Shown here: positions 12,501-24,600 of the stretch, one piece after another | Layout of the letters: every line of letters begins with the position of its first letter | Numbering within the stretch: position 1 is the first letter of the stretch | Source: Trichoplax adhaerens | Taxonomy: Eukaryota > Animalia > Placozoa | DNA length: 64,000 bases | Direction: 5' to 3' | Assembly (NCBI RefSeq): GCF_000150275.1 | Contig: NW_002060946.1 | Coordinates: 1,512,202-1,576,201 of the forward strand | Position numbers and translations under genes: made by a program | Notes under the pieces: generated by a model | Told to the model about the DNA's origin: nothing | The model's input: only the letters and a program-made list of their open reading frames with translations | The model's database searches: none

Positions 12501-15500
12501 GCAAGTAACTTTCTACGGCTCAACAATACCGATGATCAGTAACAAACCAGAAGGAACAGAAATCAAAATTGAAGGATTAAGTAAACCAGCTATTGTACAC
12601 GCAAGAGGTTTAACAATCTATGGCAGCGATGATCAACCAGTAAGGACTACTGCTAAAATTCTATTTGCTTGTGTTGTTGTGTGTATAAATTTAAAGAATC
12701 ATACAGTTATATCGCTATGATTTCATTACTTTAAGTTACAATATTAAAGTTATTTATTACAGTAGGATACTTCTAATTATACTTTAGTCAATCTAATGAT
12801 GTGACCGAATTATTAAAGGTTTTAGTCAAGTCTCTACAATTTGAAGATGGTAAAATGATTGCCGCTAGCAACTACGGTCAAGTTGAAGAAAGCGACGAGT
12901 CTCTCGAATTGACTGATGAAGAAAAAGGAATAATTGCTAATATCAGAGTACGATTAATGTTCTAATTTAAGTTCTTTCATTGCCTCTTGTCACTTACACT
13001 ACCTACGAATATATGCTTTAGTGCGGTATATTCTTACCCCTAATAACTTATTGTTACACTCACCTTTTGATAAATTCTGTTGTAGACTATTTGGGCAGGT
13101 ATCCTTGCACATGATAATATTGAAGATGAAACCGACTTTTTCAAAGGCGGCGGCGGTTCAATGGATGTCGCCAGGTAAATTACTGTTTAAGCAACTAGTA
13201 TTTACACCGTACGATATTTTCTCAGCTTTTCTAATATCTCCTACTATTATGCAGACTTGTCGAGGAAGTAAAGCAAAAATGTGGAGTAGCTTTGACTCCT
13301 GAAGAAGTCTATATGAGCACACAGTAAGTTTAATATTACGAGGGATACTTTTGATAGACCGTAGAATATTAACTTAGCCATGGCTTATCACTAGGTATAA
13401 AGACTTTGGAACTATGGTTATCAAAAAATTCCGTGGTGGTGACGAACTGGAATTCGATTTTGAATCTGTAAGAATAAGGATTTAATATCTCTTTCTATAC
13501 GAGTATACGAGTATGTATACGAGCTCATGCATAGTATACCCGATATCTAGCCTCTAAAAGTTTAACGAGATATACTTACAACTTTCTCATATTAGGTCGA
13601 TCTACATGTCAATGATATGGATGTTAAAATCCCACATCAATTATTCATTAACAACCAGTTTGTTGACTCTATCTCTGGCAAATTTTTTAAAACAATAAAT
13701 CCAACGGATGAATCGGTATATTATAACTGTAGCTTTAGTTGTCCACTAATCACCAAAATAAATTCTTCATTGATATTGACATAAATTAATGAATCTTTCA
13801 GGTAATATGCAAAGTTTCATATGCTACTGAAGAGGACGTAAATGTCGCCGTTCAAGCTGCAAAGGAAGCCTTTGAAGGTGATTGGGGTAAAATGAATGCT
13901 CGCGATCGTGGCAAGCTGATGTACAGGTATTGATTTGTACCTCTTGCAGATATAAAATTGGGTATATTAGAACTTGAGATTACTTTTTAATTGATTACTC
14001 ATATAGATTGGCTGATCTGATGGAAGAACATTTAGAAGAATTAGCTACAATAGAAACTTTGGACTCTGGAGCAGTATATACCCTAGCTCTAAAGACTCAT
14101 ATTGGCATGTCAATTGACACATTCAGATATTTTGCCGGTTATTGTGATAAAATTCATGTAAGTTTAGACTTTACAACTATTATCTGCATATCCACAAAAT
14201 GATTAGTACCTCTTATGCAAATTTGGATATATTCGTAGGGAAAAACTATTCCAATCAACAATGCCAGGCCAAGTCATAACCTTTGCCTTACCAGACGTGA
14301 ACCATTAGGGTAATTATATTTTATAATCTAATTCATTTCTTTCTATTCTACGTAAATAACGATTGCATCGTCTAAGCCTTTATAATATGAATTTTTATAT
14401 TAATTAAGTGTTTGTGGAATTGTAATTCCATGGAATTATCCCTTGATGATGTTAGCTTGGAAAATGTCGTCTTGCCTAGCAGCCGGTAATACTTGCGTGT
14501 TAAAGCCTGCTGAGGTATTTCTACTGAAGTTCAATAACTGTTGTGCAAGTGAACTTATTGGCTAACTGTGTTTTGCTCCAATACTTCCTTATACTATAGG
14601 TTACACCTCTTTCAGCTCTTAAATTTGCTGAACTAACCGTCAAAGCTGGATTCCCTAAGGGAGTTATTAACATTTTGCCTGGTAGCGGTGAGTGCCATTA
14701 TATTCTATCTCTCATTTACGTATTACTACTTAGTGTATTTATGTGAGATAATTCACCGTTTCTATTTCCGAAATCCTATCAGGGCGTGTCTGCGGTCAAG
14801 CAATTTGTGACCATCCCGATATTCGTAAAGTCGGCTTTACAGGATCAACACCAATTGGAAGAACCGTCATGAAAAGGTCAGTAACAATGACTTATCATTG
14901 CACATGTGATATAAATAATAGAAAGGATTGACTGATTGTCAAGACAAAAATTATCGCACTAGCCTATCTAACTTATTAACCTTGCAATATCTATTGTGTT
15001 ATACAGTGCTGCTGAAAGTAACTTGAAAAAGGTATCTTTGGAACTTGGAGGAAAATCTCCTCTCATAATTTTCCAGGATTGCGATATGGATAAAGCCGTT
15101 CGACAGGTAAGGATGTATCATCACTCTTGATGTGTATCATTTGGCACAATAAATACTGTAGGTGTTCTAACTGCTGGAGCAACCTTTACAGGGTATGTTG
15201 TCTAGTCTTTTCAACAAAGGAGAAAACTGTATTGCAGCCGGACGCATTTTTGTTGAAGAATCAATTCATGACGAATATGTTGCACGTTTGGTAATAAAGC
15301 AAAATCTTAATTCTTTGAAACAAAATAATAGCAATACCCTTATTATATTAGGTTGATTTTAATTTGGAAATTTAAAAACGATCATAGGTAGAGGAAGTTA
15401 AAAAGTTGAAAATTGGTGATCCATTCGATCGATCAACAGCACACGGTCCTCAAAATCACGAGTAAATTCTTATCTTGATAACAAAGTTGTATTACCTTTT

Positions 15501-16461
15501 CCGATTATTTGTAATATAAGTTATAATATTCATTTTATGTCTATATAGAAAGCATATGGTAAAACTGTTAGAGTACGTTGATCAAGCTGTTGCAGAAGGT
15601 GCCACGTTGGTCTATGGAGGGAAACGCCTTGATAGATCTGGTTCGATGCTTGATAATTCATTATTTTTTGTCCTTTTATTCTGTGTCCTTTTCCTTGATG
15701 CATTAACATTTCTTTATGTAATTAAAATTTTTAGGTTTCTTCATGGAACCAGCTGTCCTTACAAATGTAGCCGATGACAACTATGCCGCGATAGAAGAAT
15801 CTTTTGGCCCTGTTCTTGTCATTTCAAGCTTCAAAGATGGGTAATTGAGCTGTTAATATTTGATAAAAATTTTTATTCATGATTGCAAATACACAGCTGT
15901 ATAATTAAATTCTTTTATAGAGATGTAGACGGTGTGCTAAAGCGCGCTAACAAGACTGAATATGGTTTGGCTTCTGGCGTCTTCACTAAAGATATCAACA
16001 AGGTTACCAATTAAATTATGCTAGTCTTTACAGCTTTTAGCAATTACTACAACATGTAGCAAATCGATCTAACCTTCTAAATGTAACAACTATATTGTAT
16101 TCATAGCACTTAATAGCAGTATCCTTGTATTAATGATGTAAACCTTCTTTTAGGCGTTGCTTTGCAGCGAAAAACTAGATGCTGGAACAGTTTTTGTGAA
16201 TACATATAACAAAACCGATGTTGCCTCTCCATTTGGCGGATTCAAGCAGTCAGGATTTGGAAAAGATTTAGGTCAGTTTTTAATTAAAATCGGAACTCAT
16301 ATTTCTAGGGCGTGATAACTAAGCGTAGTACTGAATAAACTATAGTTTGTGAATTTAATTCCTACTATAGATTTTTACTGAGATAGATTTTAATTTGTAC
16401 AGGTGAAGAAGCACTTAATGAATATTTAAAGACCAAGACAGTAACAATCGAGTACGACTAA
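9512..16461 (+). CDS. ALDH1L2: 10-formyltetrahydrofolate dehydrogenase (ALDH1L family), mitochondrial-type N-terminus, ~25 coding exons
   Basis: Hydrolase domain [40 protein letters not shown]. Carrier-domain phosphopantetheine Ser in [13 protein letters not shown] (~13140-13170). ALDH motifs [55 protein letters not shown], ending KTVTIEYD-stop at 16461. Exons include 9512-9933, 11548-11713, 11965-12069 and 12362-12394. A leader intron 9421-9511 is likely. Confidence 0.97.
10293..10685. repeat. Degenerate tandem duplication (2 x ~190-210 bp) in the first coding intron of ALDH1L
   Basis: atgttgccaccaa(t/g)caaagaa(t/c)gcat...gctttacat(a/g)acatagc...aagccaatac occurs twice (~10303 and ~10515). 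Confidence 0.85.
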
Positions 16462-18119
16462 AGAAGTGATCTCGAATGTACTTATAGACTGTTTAGTATC
16501 TAAGATAACCCATTACAGTTATAGTGTACTATTGTATGCCAATACTTTAATTTCAGGGTGTATTCGGTAGATAATCTCAGAGAAAACACTTTTATGTAGG
16601 CTATTTTACTTGCCAGTATAAGTGTTCATACTGTGCTATTCAATGTCTGATTTTAAAAGCTAAAGTAGGAGTTGCAATTGCAAATTTTTATTGCTACTTA
16701 AGGCAGCTACTATTACATTTTATATTATCACTGGTTCTTGGTGTAATAACTAAATTGTTGTATTGCATTCATCAGTTAAATAAAGCAAATAAACTTTATT
16801 TGCAAGTCGTCGGATATTTTTGTGAGCGTGATTAATATATGTATATTTATAATTGCATGATCTTGCTTAATGCATTAATAATATAATTTATCATAATATC
16901 CTATCAAAAGATGATATCGTTATTTTGTATCTACGCGTAGACATAGAAATTTTATAGATAAATGGTAGTAGAATATAACATAGCATTATAGCCATAAAGA
17001 ATGTCCAGCTATAGATTTGGTCATGATGCTAGCATGGAGAATGCATTTTAACCACAAAGCATCATACTAAATTGGTTGATTTTCAAGGATAAGAGAATGC
17101 TAGATAGCTACTGTAGTTGCTATAGTCAGTGCGTTTACACAGTTATAACAAAAATAGTTGATAACTAAATTACTGGATAATAAAATCAAGAAGTACCGGA
17201 TACAGATTTTCCATCAGAGGTATCTGTGCTTTAGGCAATAGATTCATTATCGTTATGCAGTTATAGCAATTACTGTATTTACTGATACCCTTAGCTGAGA
17301 TCAAGTATTATGGCATGTATCATATGTATAAAACGGCAGAATATTGTAATAATAAATCTCGGAAAAATAATTACGTATACGGTACGATGCATACATGATT
17401 TAATCAATTAGGAAAAACAAATTGCTATAATGATATGTGAGGAAGACGTGTTGACAGGTATATACTCGTAAGTATTGTACTGGTATCGTAGCAACATTTA
17501 ATGTACAGTGTACAGACCTTCTAGACGCCGTAAGTACAATATGGCTACAAATGTCTACAAGATCAAATACGAAAATTGAATAAAATCTTTACTTATTTAC
17601 GAATTAAGTAGTAAATAGTTAGTAAGATGCTGTACTTGGAATGATTCTCTCTTAGCCTACTCAAATTGTACTGCTTTACGTATGATGTTGAACCTGGAAC
17701 GTCGATATTGAAATCTGCTAAACGGATGCAGATATTGATACGAACATTATCAACCTATTTAAAATGTGCAATACAAAGTAGGTTGACACAACTGGCACAG
17801 AAAGAATAGTTCTAGCGAAATCAGAGAGAATTTCTAATGACTATGTCTTTCCATATTGCTGCAGATTATGACATGACTGTTTGATAATTAATTCATGAAA
17901 CACTCTTGAAGTCAACATCAACTACTGTTTTACTCCTTGATAATCTTTCATTATTGCATTAGTACTTGCATTTTGAGATTATTTTTGTCATCTTATCTCA
18001 ATAAATGCGTATTGATCATTCTACCATGTGGTAGACTACTCTGTTTTACACAACATAGTGCTATGATTCCGTTTCAGAAGAAGCAATTTTGGTTTTCTTT
18101 GTACGACAGCTTATGGCTG

Positions 18120-18299
18120 TTATGTCTTCTTTTTATCCTCGGTGTCTATATCCTCGATCGTTAATTCCGGTACCGGTTCTTCCGATGTATTATCTTTCCT
18201 TTGCACGTATACCAAAGCCAACAAGCATACTACTTGAAATAGACCAGCCATAATTAGCCCAGAATCCAGTAATAAATCAAAAATATTATAAGATGCCAT
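18120..18299 (-). CDS. MANBAL: MANBAL / UPF0239 small single-pass membrane protein (59 aa, below the ORF-track cut-off)
   Basis: Translates as MASYNIFDLLLDSGLIMAGLFQVVCLLALVYVQRKDNTSEEPVPELTIEDIDTEDKKKT*. The core LLDSGLIMAGLFQVVCLLAL matches the recalled UPF0239 core [20 protein letters not shown]. Strong Kozak context GCCATGG. Confidence 0.85.
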   Translation of the reverse strand: MASYNIFDLLLDSGLIMAGLFQVVCLLALVYVQRKDNTSEEPVPELTIEDIDTEDKKKT

Positions 18300-19198
18300 G
18301 GCTAAACGATAATATTGTACTAAAATGGGGATACTGCAACACCAGGTAGCGTCGTTGCATCCTTCTACTACAAAGACAGCACTCGCATCTCTTCCATTGC
18401 CACAAGCTTGCTATGACATGGCACAAAGTCCTTGTATGCTAGGATTCCAGATGGTAAGAGTTGAATACTGCAACGATTTCACGTTGAAAATTGTCAATCA
18501 ATTGAAATGCCGATGGCACTTTCCGTTAGCAGCTGCTGATGTTGATCATCAAGAACAAGAAGCATCGACAAGGCAACGAGCTTGTGTTGATGTTTATATG
18601 GACTTGGTCTATTTCTGTCCGTACTGTAGTCCGTATTTTGGACTACTGATAGCGATCCATGCGTATTGTCACGATTGTTTTCGTAGGGCTACACTGACAT
18701 TACTTTCGCTTAAGCTGATATATTACGACGCCAATTTTTTAATACTGTACTACATACTAACTGCAGTGATCTGGGGGTACACTATCAGTGTCAGGGCTGT
18801 ATTCTACACTCGACTAGTCTATGGTCTGCTCAATTGAACCCATACCTAAGGGTAGAGTATAGGTTGCTCGCAAAAGTAATGTCACCACTAAAAAAAAAAA
18901 GGTGGAAAATCGCCCATTTTGCCACTACTAGCATTAGCACAGTTGGAGCTGCTGTATCCATCTTTCGGTTGGTTTTCTTATATTCAAACAGCCAACAAAC
19001 TTCCAGGTAACCAAGTTTTCCTCCATACTGTATTATATAGTATAGGCGCAAAACAGTCCTCGATCGACCATTTGGTGTCTGATACAGTAGTTAAAAATAC
19101 AGTAATACTATCACTCCATGCTCCATATTGTAATACTGTATAGATGTCCAGTTCATGTTTTCCAGTATTTCCATTGCAAACTTCGCTGACTTGTCCAA

Positions 19199-19722
19199 CT
19201 TTTAGCTCATTAGTTAGCATTTTAAACTCTACTATTCTTCTTCTTCTCATCATAGCGTGCATATATATTGCATAGAAGCGAATAGATGTATGCTTTAACA
19301 TCCTATTGACTTGGCTATAATTGAAATACTCATTTCCAATGGTACACGGTAAGCATACACCGATCTAGGAATGGAAGTGTAACCTACCCAGTGCTTAATT
19401 CCATGGTAACAACATAATCTCTGTGTCAATTTGCAAAGTTATGCACTACTTTTAGCTCATCAGTTAGGATTTTAGACCTTACTCCCCTTCTTCTTTTGAT
19501 CAGAGTGCGAATACTTCAACATCCTATCGACTTGACTATAATTAAAATACTCATTTCTAAGAAATTCGAGTAGAACACGGTAAGCATACTCTTCATTTAC
19601 TGGATACCGCTGGAATTGAAGAGTTGGCTCTATTAGCAACTTGACTACGTGTATTAACTTCCTAGTTCCATGGTAATAACTTATTAATTCTGTCTTAATT
19701 TGTACAGTTATGCGCTACTTTA
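19199..19722. repeat. Tandem duplication (2 x ~250-270 bp) covering the CDPF1 leader exon end, intron and start codon
   Basis: ttttagctcat(t/c)agttag..aacatcctat(t/c)gacttg..aaatactcattt..acacggtaagcatac..ttccatggtaa..agttatgc(a/g)ctacttt occurs twice. Confidence 0.9.
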
Positions 19723-20413
19723 GGTGCAATGTTTGCAAGCTACAACTTGCTTATGAATACTTTGGACAACGGCCTCCTTTTGGCAAGAAAACGATTGCGT
19801 CAGTAGAACAGATCTAGCTTAGGCAGCTTTGGTTCAATAACTACAGTCATAAGCTATGCGAAAATTCTACTGTGCAACATGCTAACAGACTTTTGCTCAT
19901 CTCTTACAGTCTATTAGAAAATGCATACGTCATTCATGATCCCTTCGATGCAGATGGTAGTCATTTAATCCTGGGATCGCATTGCTCTGAATGTGGTGCT
20001 GCAGTTTGTGTCGATCAGGTTAGTCTTGATCAATGCTTGAAAAGCACTATTCTACTTCAATCGATCTCAATGCACGTATATTACTTTGAATGCTGGCGAT
20101 TGCACGTTACTAAATGCTAGCTTTTATCGTTACATATTGATGCAAACTTTTTAGAAATGCAGTCTATTTTACGTTAAGCGTTTCTGCTGTCAATGCTGTA
20201 TTGCACGAAACGAAGACTTTCCTACTGAGGTGCAGAAGGTAAAGACATACAGCAGATTTCTTTAATAGTGTCAGAGGATTATCTTAATACTTTACATAAA
20301 CTAAATATGCCATGAACATACCAATTTAAAAGGAACGTTGACCTGTAACACTTCCTTCCATCATCTTCTTGTAGGAAATTAAGAAAATGAAAGAATTGAA
20401 CTCGAAAAATTGA
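19710..20413 (+). CDS. CDPF1: Cysteine-rich DPF motif domain-containing protein 1
   Basis: Phase-consistent exons 19710-19798 (MRYFRCNVCKLQLAYEYFGQRPP), 19910-20018 (LLENAYVIHDPF..LILGSHCSECGAAVCVDQ), 20155-20238 (KCSLFYVKRFCCQC...FPTEVQK) and 20375-20413. Hallmarks present: CxxC, DPF, CSLFYxKRFC. Confidence 0.95.
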
Positions 20414-21673
20414 TTACTTGTATTATTATAGCCAAATCGGCCATCAAGACCTCTCAAGTTTTGCCTAATTGACATGGCAGACAGTATAATTATATTACAA
20501 TCAGCGAAAATTTAATAGCTTTGATGATAATATACTATACGAGTAAACCAAAAGCGGATATGATTACTGCTTGTACGCCATCACTGGTTTCGGTTACCTT
20601 ACTACGTCTAAAACTTGCAACATTTATATTTTACACAGAAGGATGTAAACAACTTATGCCTGTACGTATACATTTTTTCTTATACTTACAAATCTGCCCT
20701 ATAGTGAAATGCTATAGTTAGGGTATACTACATCTTTACTGATAAAAATTATTAAATACTCTTACAGATCCCAGCTATGATACTGACAGTGAATATTATT
20801 AAGATAAAGCATTCAACATACTGCCGTACTGTAATATCCTATTGTAGATATAGAAGTGGAATGAAAATGGATTACAAATTAATCTTTAGAAACAGATTAC
20901 ACAGTGCCAGTACTCATTCATCTTTTCAAATTATTCCATTATTACAGTGGACCTACATCAGACTCGCACCTTCGTTACTAATGTAGTTATAAAATAATTT
21001 TATGCCACTATAAGTACTGCTCATAGTAATTATCACTGTACGTGTAGAACATCGTACAACAAATATCGATAAAAGAAGAGAACTTATTGACAGATTATAT
21101 CTTGATGATAGACTTGGATACTGATGATGTAATGACTTACTGTATAGATGGCTAAATATTTTTCAAATTTTCATCCTAACGACACGTGTAATACTTAATG
21201 TAAACAGAAAAATATCAAGCAATCACAAAATGGTGATATTTAAATAGAATCGATTATTTATTTCCGCACATAAAATAAATATGTAAAAATAATGCTGAAG
21301 CTCATAACTTAATTCGTTATTTTCAAATTGGATCGAATTTCTAACTGGATTTTAGCAGCATGATCAATAAAAAATTACGATCGATCGTAGTAATGATTTA
21401 TCAACTTGAATACACATTTTTTATTCAAGTATTTAACAGAGCTAGCAGAAGCAAAACACTTAACACATATCCAAGTTTCACAAAAATCATAATATATTTA
21501 AAAGTAGTCTTGATATCCCTTTACATCGAATTAAATATAAAAGTAGTTAGCTGTATAGAATGATCATCCTAACGGTCTATCATGTCAAATCATAAAGACT
21601 ATGATCCATGGCTTGTCTGTTTGAGAATAAGTAATCGTTTGATATTCACCTACAAGAAGACAGCACGAACTGT

Positions 21674-24600
21674 CTATGAAGTCTGAAAGTGAGTTCGCCG
21701 AGCTCTTTCTTTTACGAGTTCTGTACTTACTTCTTCAATGTTCTGAATAAGTAAATATGTTATCAATTAAATATACGTACACTGTTTGTCAATTAGCTAC
21801 AATTCATATTATTGCTCACTTATTCATTTTTATCAACATTAATTGGATAAGTCTTCCGCAATCTTTAGCAATTGAATATTTTTTTTAATTTTATACCTTT
21901 TGCAAACTTAGATTCTTAATTATAGTTTCCTCGAGAACCCTTTGCAATTTTGCATTCATCTCTCGTAGACCTTCATCACCTTTCTCTCTATACTTTACAA
22001 ACTCTAGTAGTCTTGATTCTATAGCTTGGATATTTCTTTGTGGTTCTATTTCGACAAGGCGAAATAATTGTCTCGTAAATATAATCAATATTAAGGCTTA
22101 TCCACGAAATAGATACCCCAATCAATTTACCTGGCTTTGCACTGCGCTTTTGTAAAACGAAACCTTCAAATATCTTTGTTTTCCGAGTTAATTCTTCAGC
22201 TAAGCTCGCGCCTGATTCCTCTAATATTTGAACACGCGACTCTAATGTCCGTTTCGTTTGCTGTAATTTAGAAACGCGTTCTAACAGCTCTTTAGTTTCG
22301 TTTCTAGTTAGCATTTTCGCAGCATCCATGTCATTAGACTAATCAAAAAATTAATCCTTAGCTTATTCTTTTTGCAACAGCAGCTATTAATGAAATCATT
22401 ACTAAACATGCGCTATTCATTCACGATATCAAATATCTGTTGCTGAAATATAGTAGAAATGTCAAACATATCGGAATAGTTCATTAACTCTATAGAACCA
22501 GTTCTAGTGATCTAGTTTCCAGGCTGGTGTACTACCTGTATGTTTTATAGCAACACCTACAGTGCATTTGCCATTAATGTTATGAGGCATTAAATTTTTT
22601 TAAATTCTAGCCATATAGACAACTCAGGCATAACGAAATTAAAAATTTCTATATCCAATTTCTTTCTTTATATAATGGAAGAAATTGTTTTAGAAGATCT
22701 TACCGGTATCGGATTATTTTCTGTTGGCAGACTGGGTTGGCTATTTTAAAATTAAAATCATCTTATAATGTACGTAGCTTCTTTTTAATCGCTGAAATAG
22801 TCAACATTGCATGCAACAAACCTTCCTACTCTATTAAGTGATATATTTGATGTTCTTATACTGCCTAAAAGGTATTAACAAGCATATGATACTGATATTA
22901 GTAGATCTATTGTGAACGGAATCAGCGGTTAAAGATCAGCAAGATACCCGAAGGAAGAAGTTACCGTACCTGTACTTTCAGTATTTTGTTGGTAATTTAA
23001 GACCTCTGTTAGTTGATCTGATCTTTTTCTCTCTGATTTTAGTAGGCGTCTAATGTCCTTCATCTTAAATATCGTAATGTTTAATGAAAATCATTCTTGC
23101 AACTTTCGATAAATTTATAATATCTTAAGCGAAACAACCATTACAAATATGGTACCTTATCATGGGATTTCTTTTCTACGGTTCTCCTGTCAGCTATCAA
23201 ATCCTCAATCATCTAATAATAGCCATGGATAGATAAAGAATGAAATTATTACTTATAAATTATACTTGATCAATCGATCTCATTAGTTCATGATAGTAAT
23301 AATAAAACCTGAGGATAAGTAAAAACTCAAATTGAGCACCTGACTTTTAAAGTAATCAAGTGACAAATATTTCAGACTGGAACGATTTTTATCATCGTAG
23401 GATTTAATTTTATAATGTCCTTATACCCGTTTCATTTGTTCAATTTCCTGATCTTTGAAACCGACAACTTTTTGTAAGTTTTCAACTAATGTTTCATTTT
23501 CCTTTTCTTTTTCGTTCCATTGTAGCTCATAAGAATCTTTTACTCTAACAAGGTCATCTTTTACCTCCTATAAAGATCAAAGATATTATCTGTAATAGGC
23601 CATATAACTGCATTGAAAGATCAATTTGCCTTATTATTAATTAATTTTAAAATATTTCTATCTTACCTCTAACTCAGATATTAAAGAAGTTTCATTCTTT
23701 TCATGATCATTCTATACGATTAAATAATCAGCATACATTTCACAAAATACCCTAAACTTTATACTTTAACTTTCATTTTATAAGATACTGGTAGTATATC
23801 AAGTATGCAATCTAACCCTAATATTAATAATCATTTGATCAGTTTGCCGTTTATCGTTGTCCATAATTTTAATCTTGTCTTGCAATTTACCAATTAGTGC
23901 CGATTTTTGGCCCAATTCCTTACTAAAGTCCTATTTAGAATAAATGGATTACATCAGCGTGATACTTTTAACTAGCAGAAGCTAAAGTTTGCTATATACA
24001 TTTACGGAAGCTTTTTATACCTGTTCAATGTCTGATTTAGAATGCAGTACTTGCCTAATTTCCTATAAATTTTAAACGGATAATGAGATTAAAGAGAGAT
24101 ATTAATATTATAACTGCAATATAATTCTCGTTTACTGTGTAATATTTTAAATACATTTTTAGTTATATCAAAGTTCTACTCGTTATCATTACATAGCCAC
24201 AATTCCGTATACTATTAAGCCATTGTGTGAGGTTCAATCTTCGCATACTTATTAGTTATGGTCTACATAATGCAGAGAGCAGTAAATAATTTACTATAAC
24301 TACTAGATATAGTCAAGGTAATATAATGAGTACTGCAGTAATTAAAAGAATACTCATTAACTATAGCCCCTAAAAATTTAAACTCCCATAGTTATATCCT
24401 ACAATATAGATACTTGAATTACTACTTTAATCACCATATTGAAGCTCGTCTAAAATTACTACATATAAATTATATTGTTATCCACTTTTTAGAAATAGCT
24501 GCAGTCATCCGAAGCAAAATAAGCATAAAAAATATTGACTACTGATGTTTTACCTGCAATTCGTCTTGAAGAGATTCAATTTCTTCTTTGTACTGATTAG

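Noticed and set aside
18325-18837. 170-aa plus-strand ORF
   Set aside because: No family resemblance, runs through the TACAGTA-rich promoter zone and lies antisense to the MANBAL leader; probably spurious.
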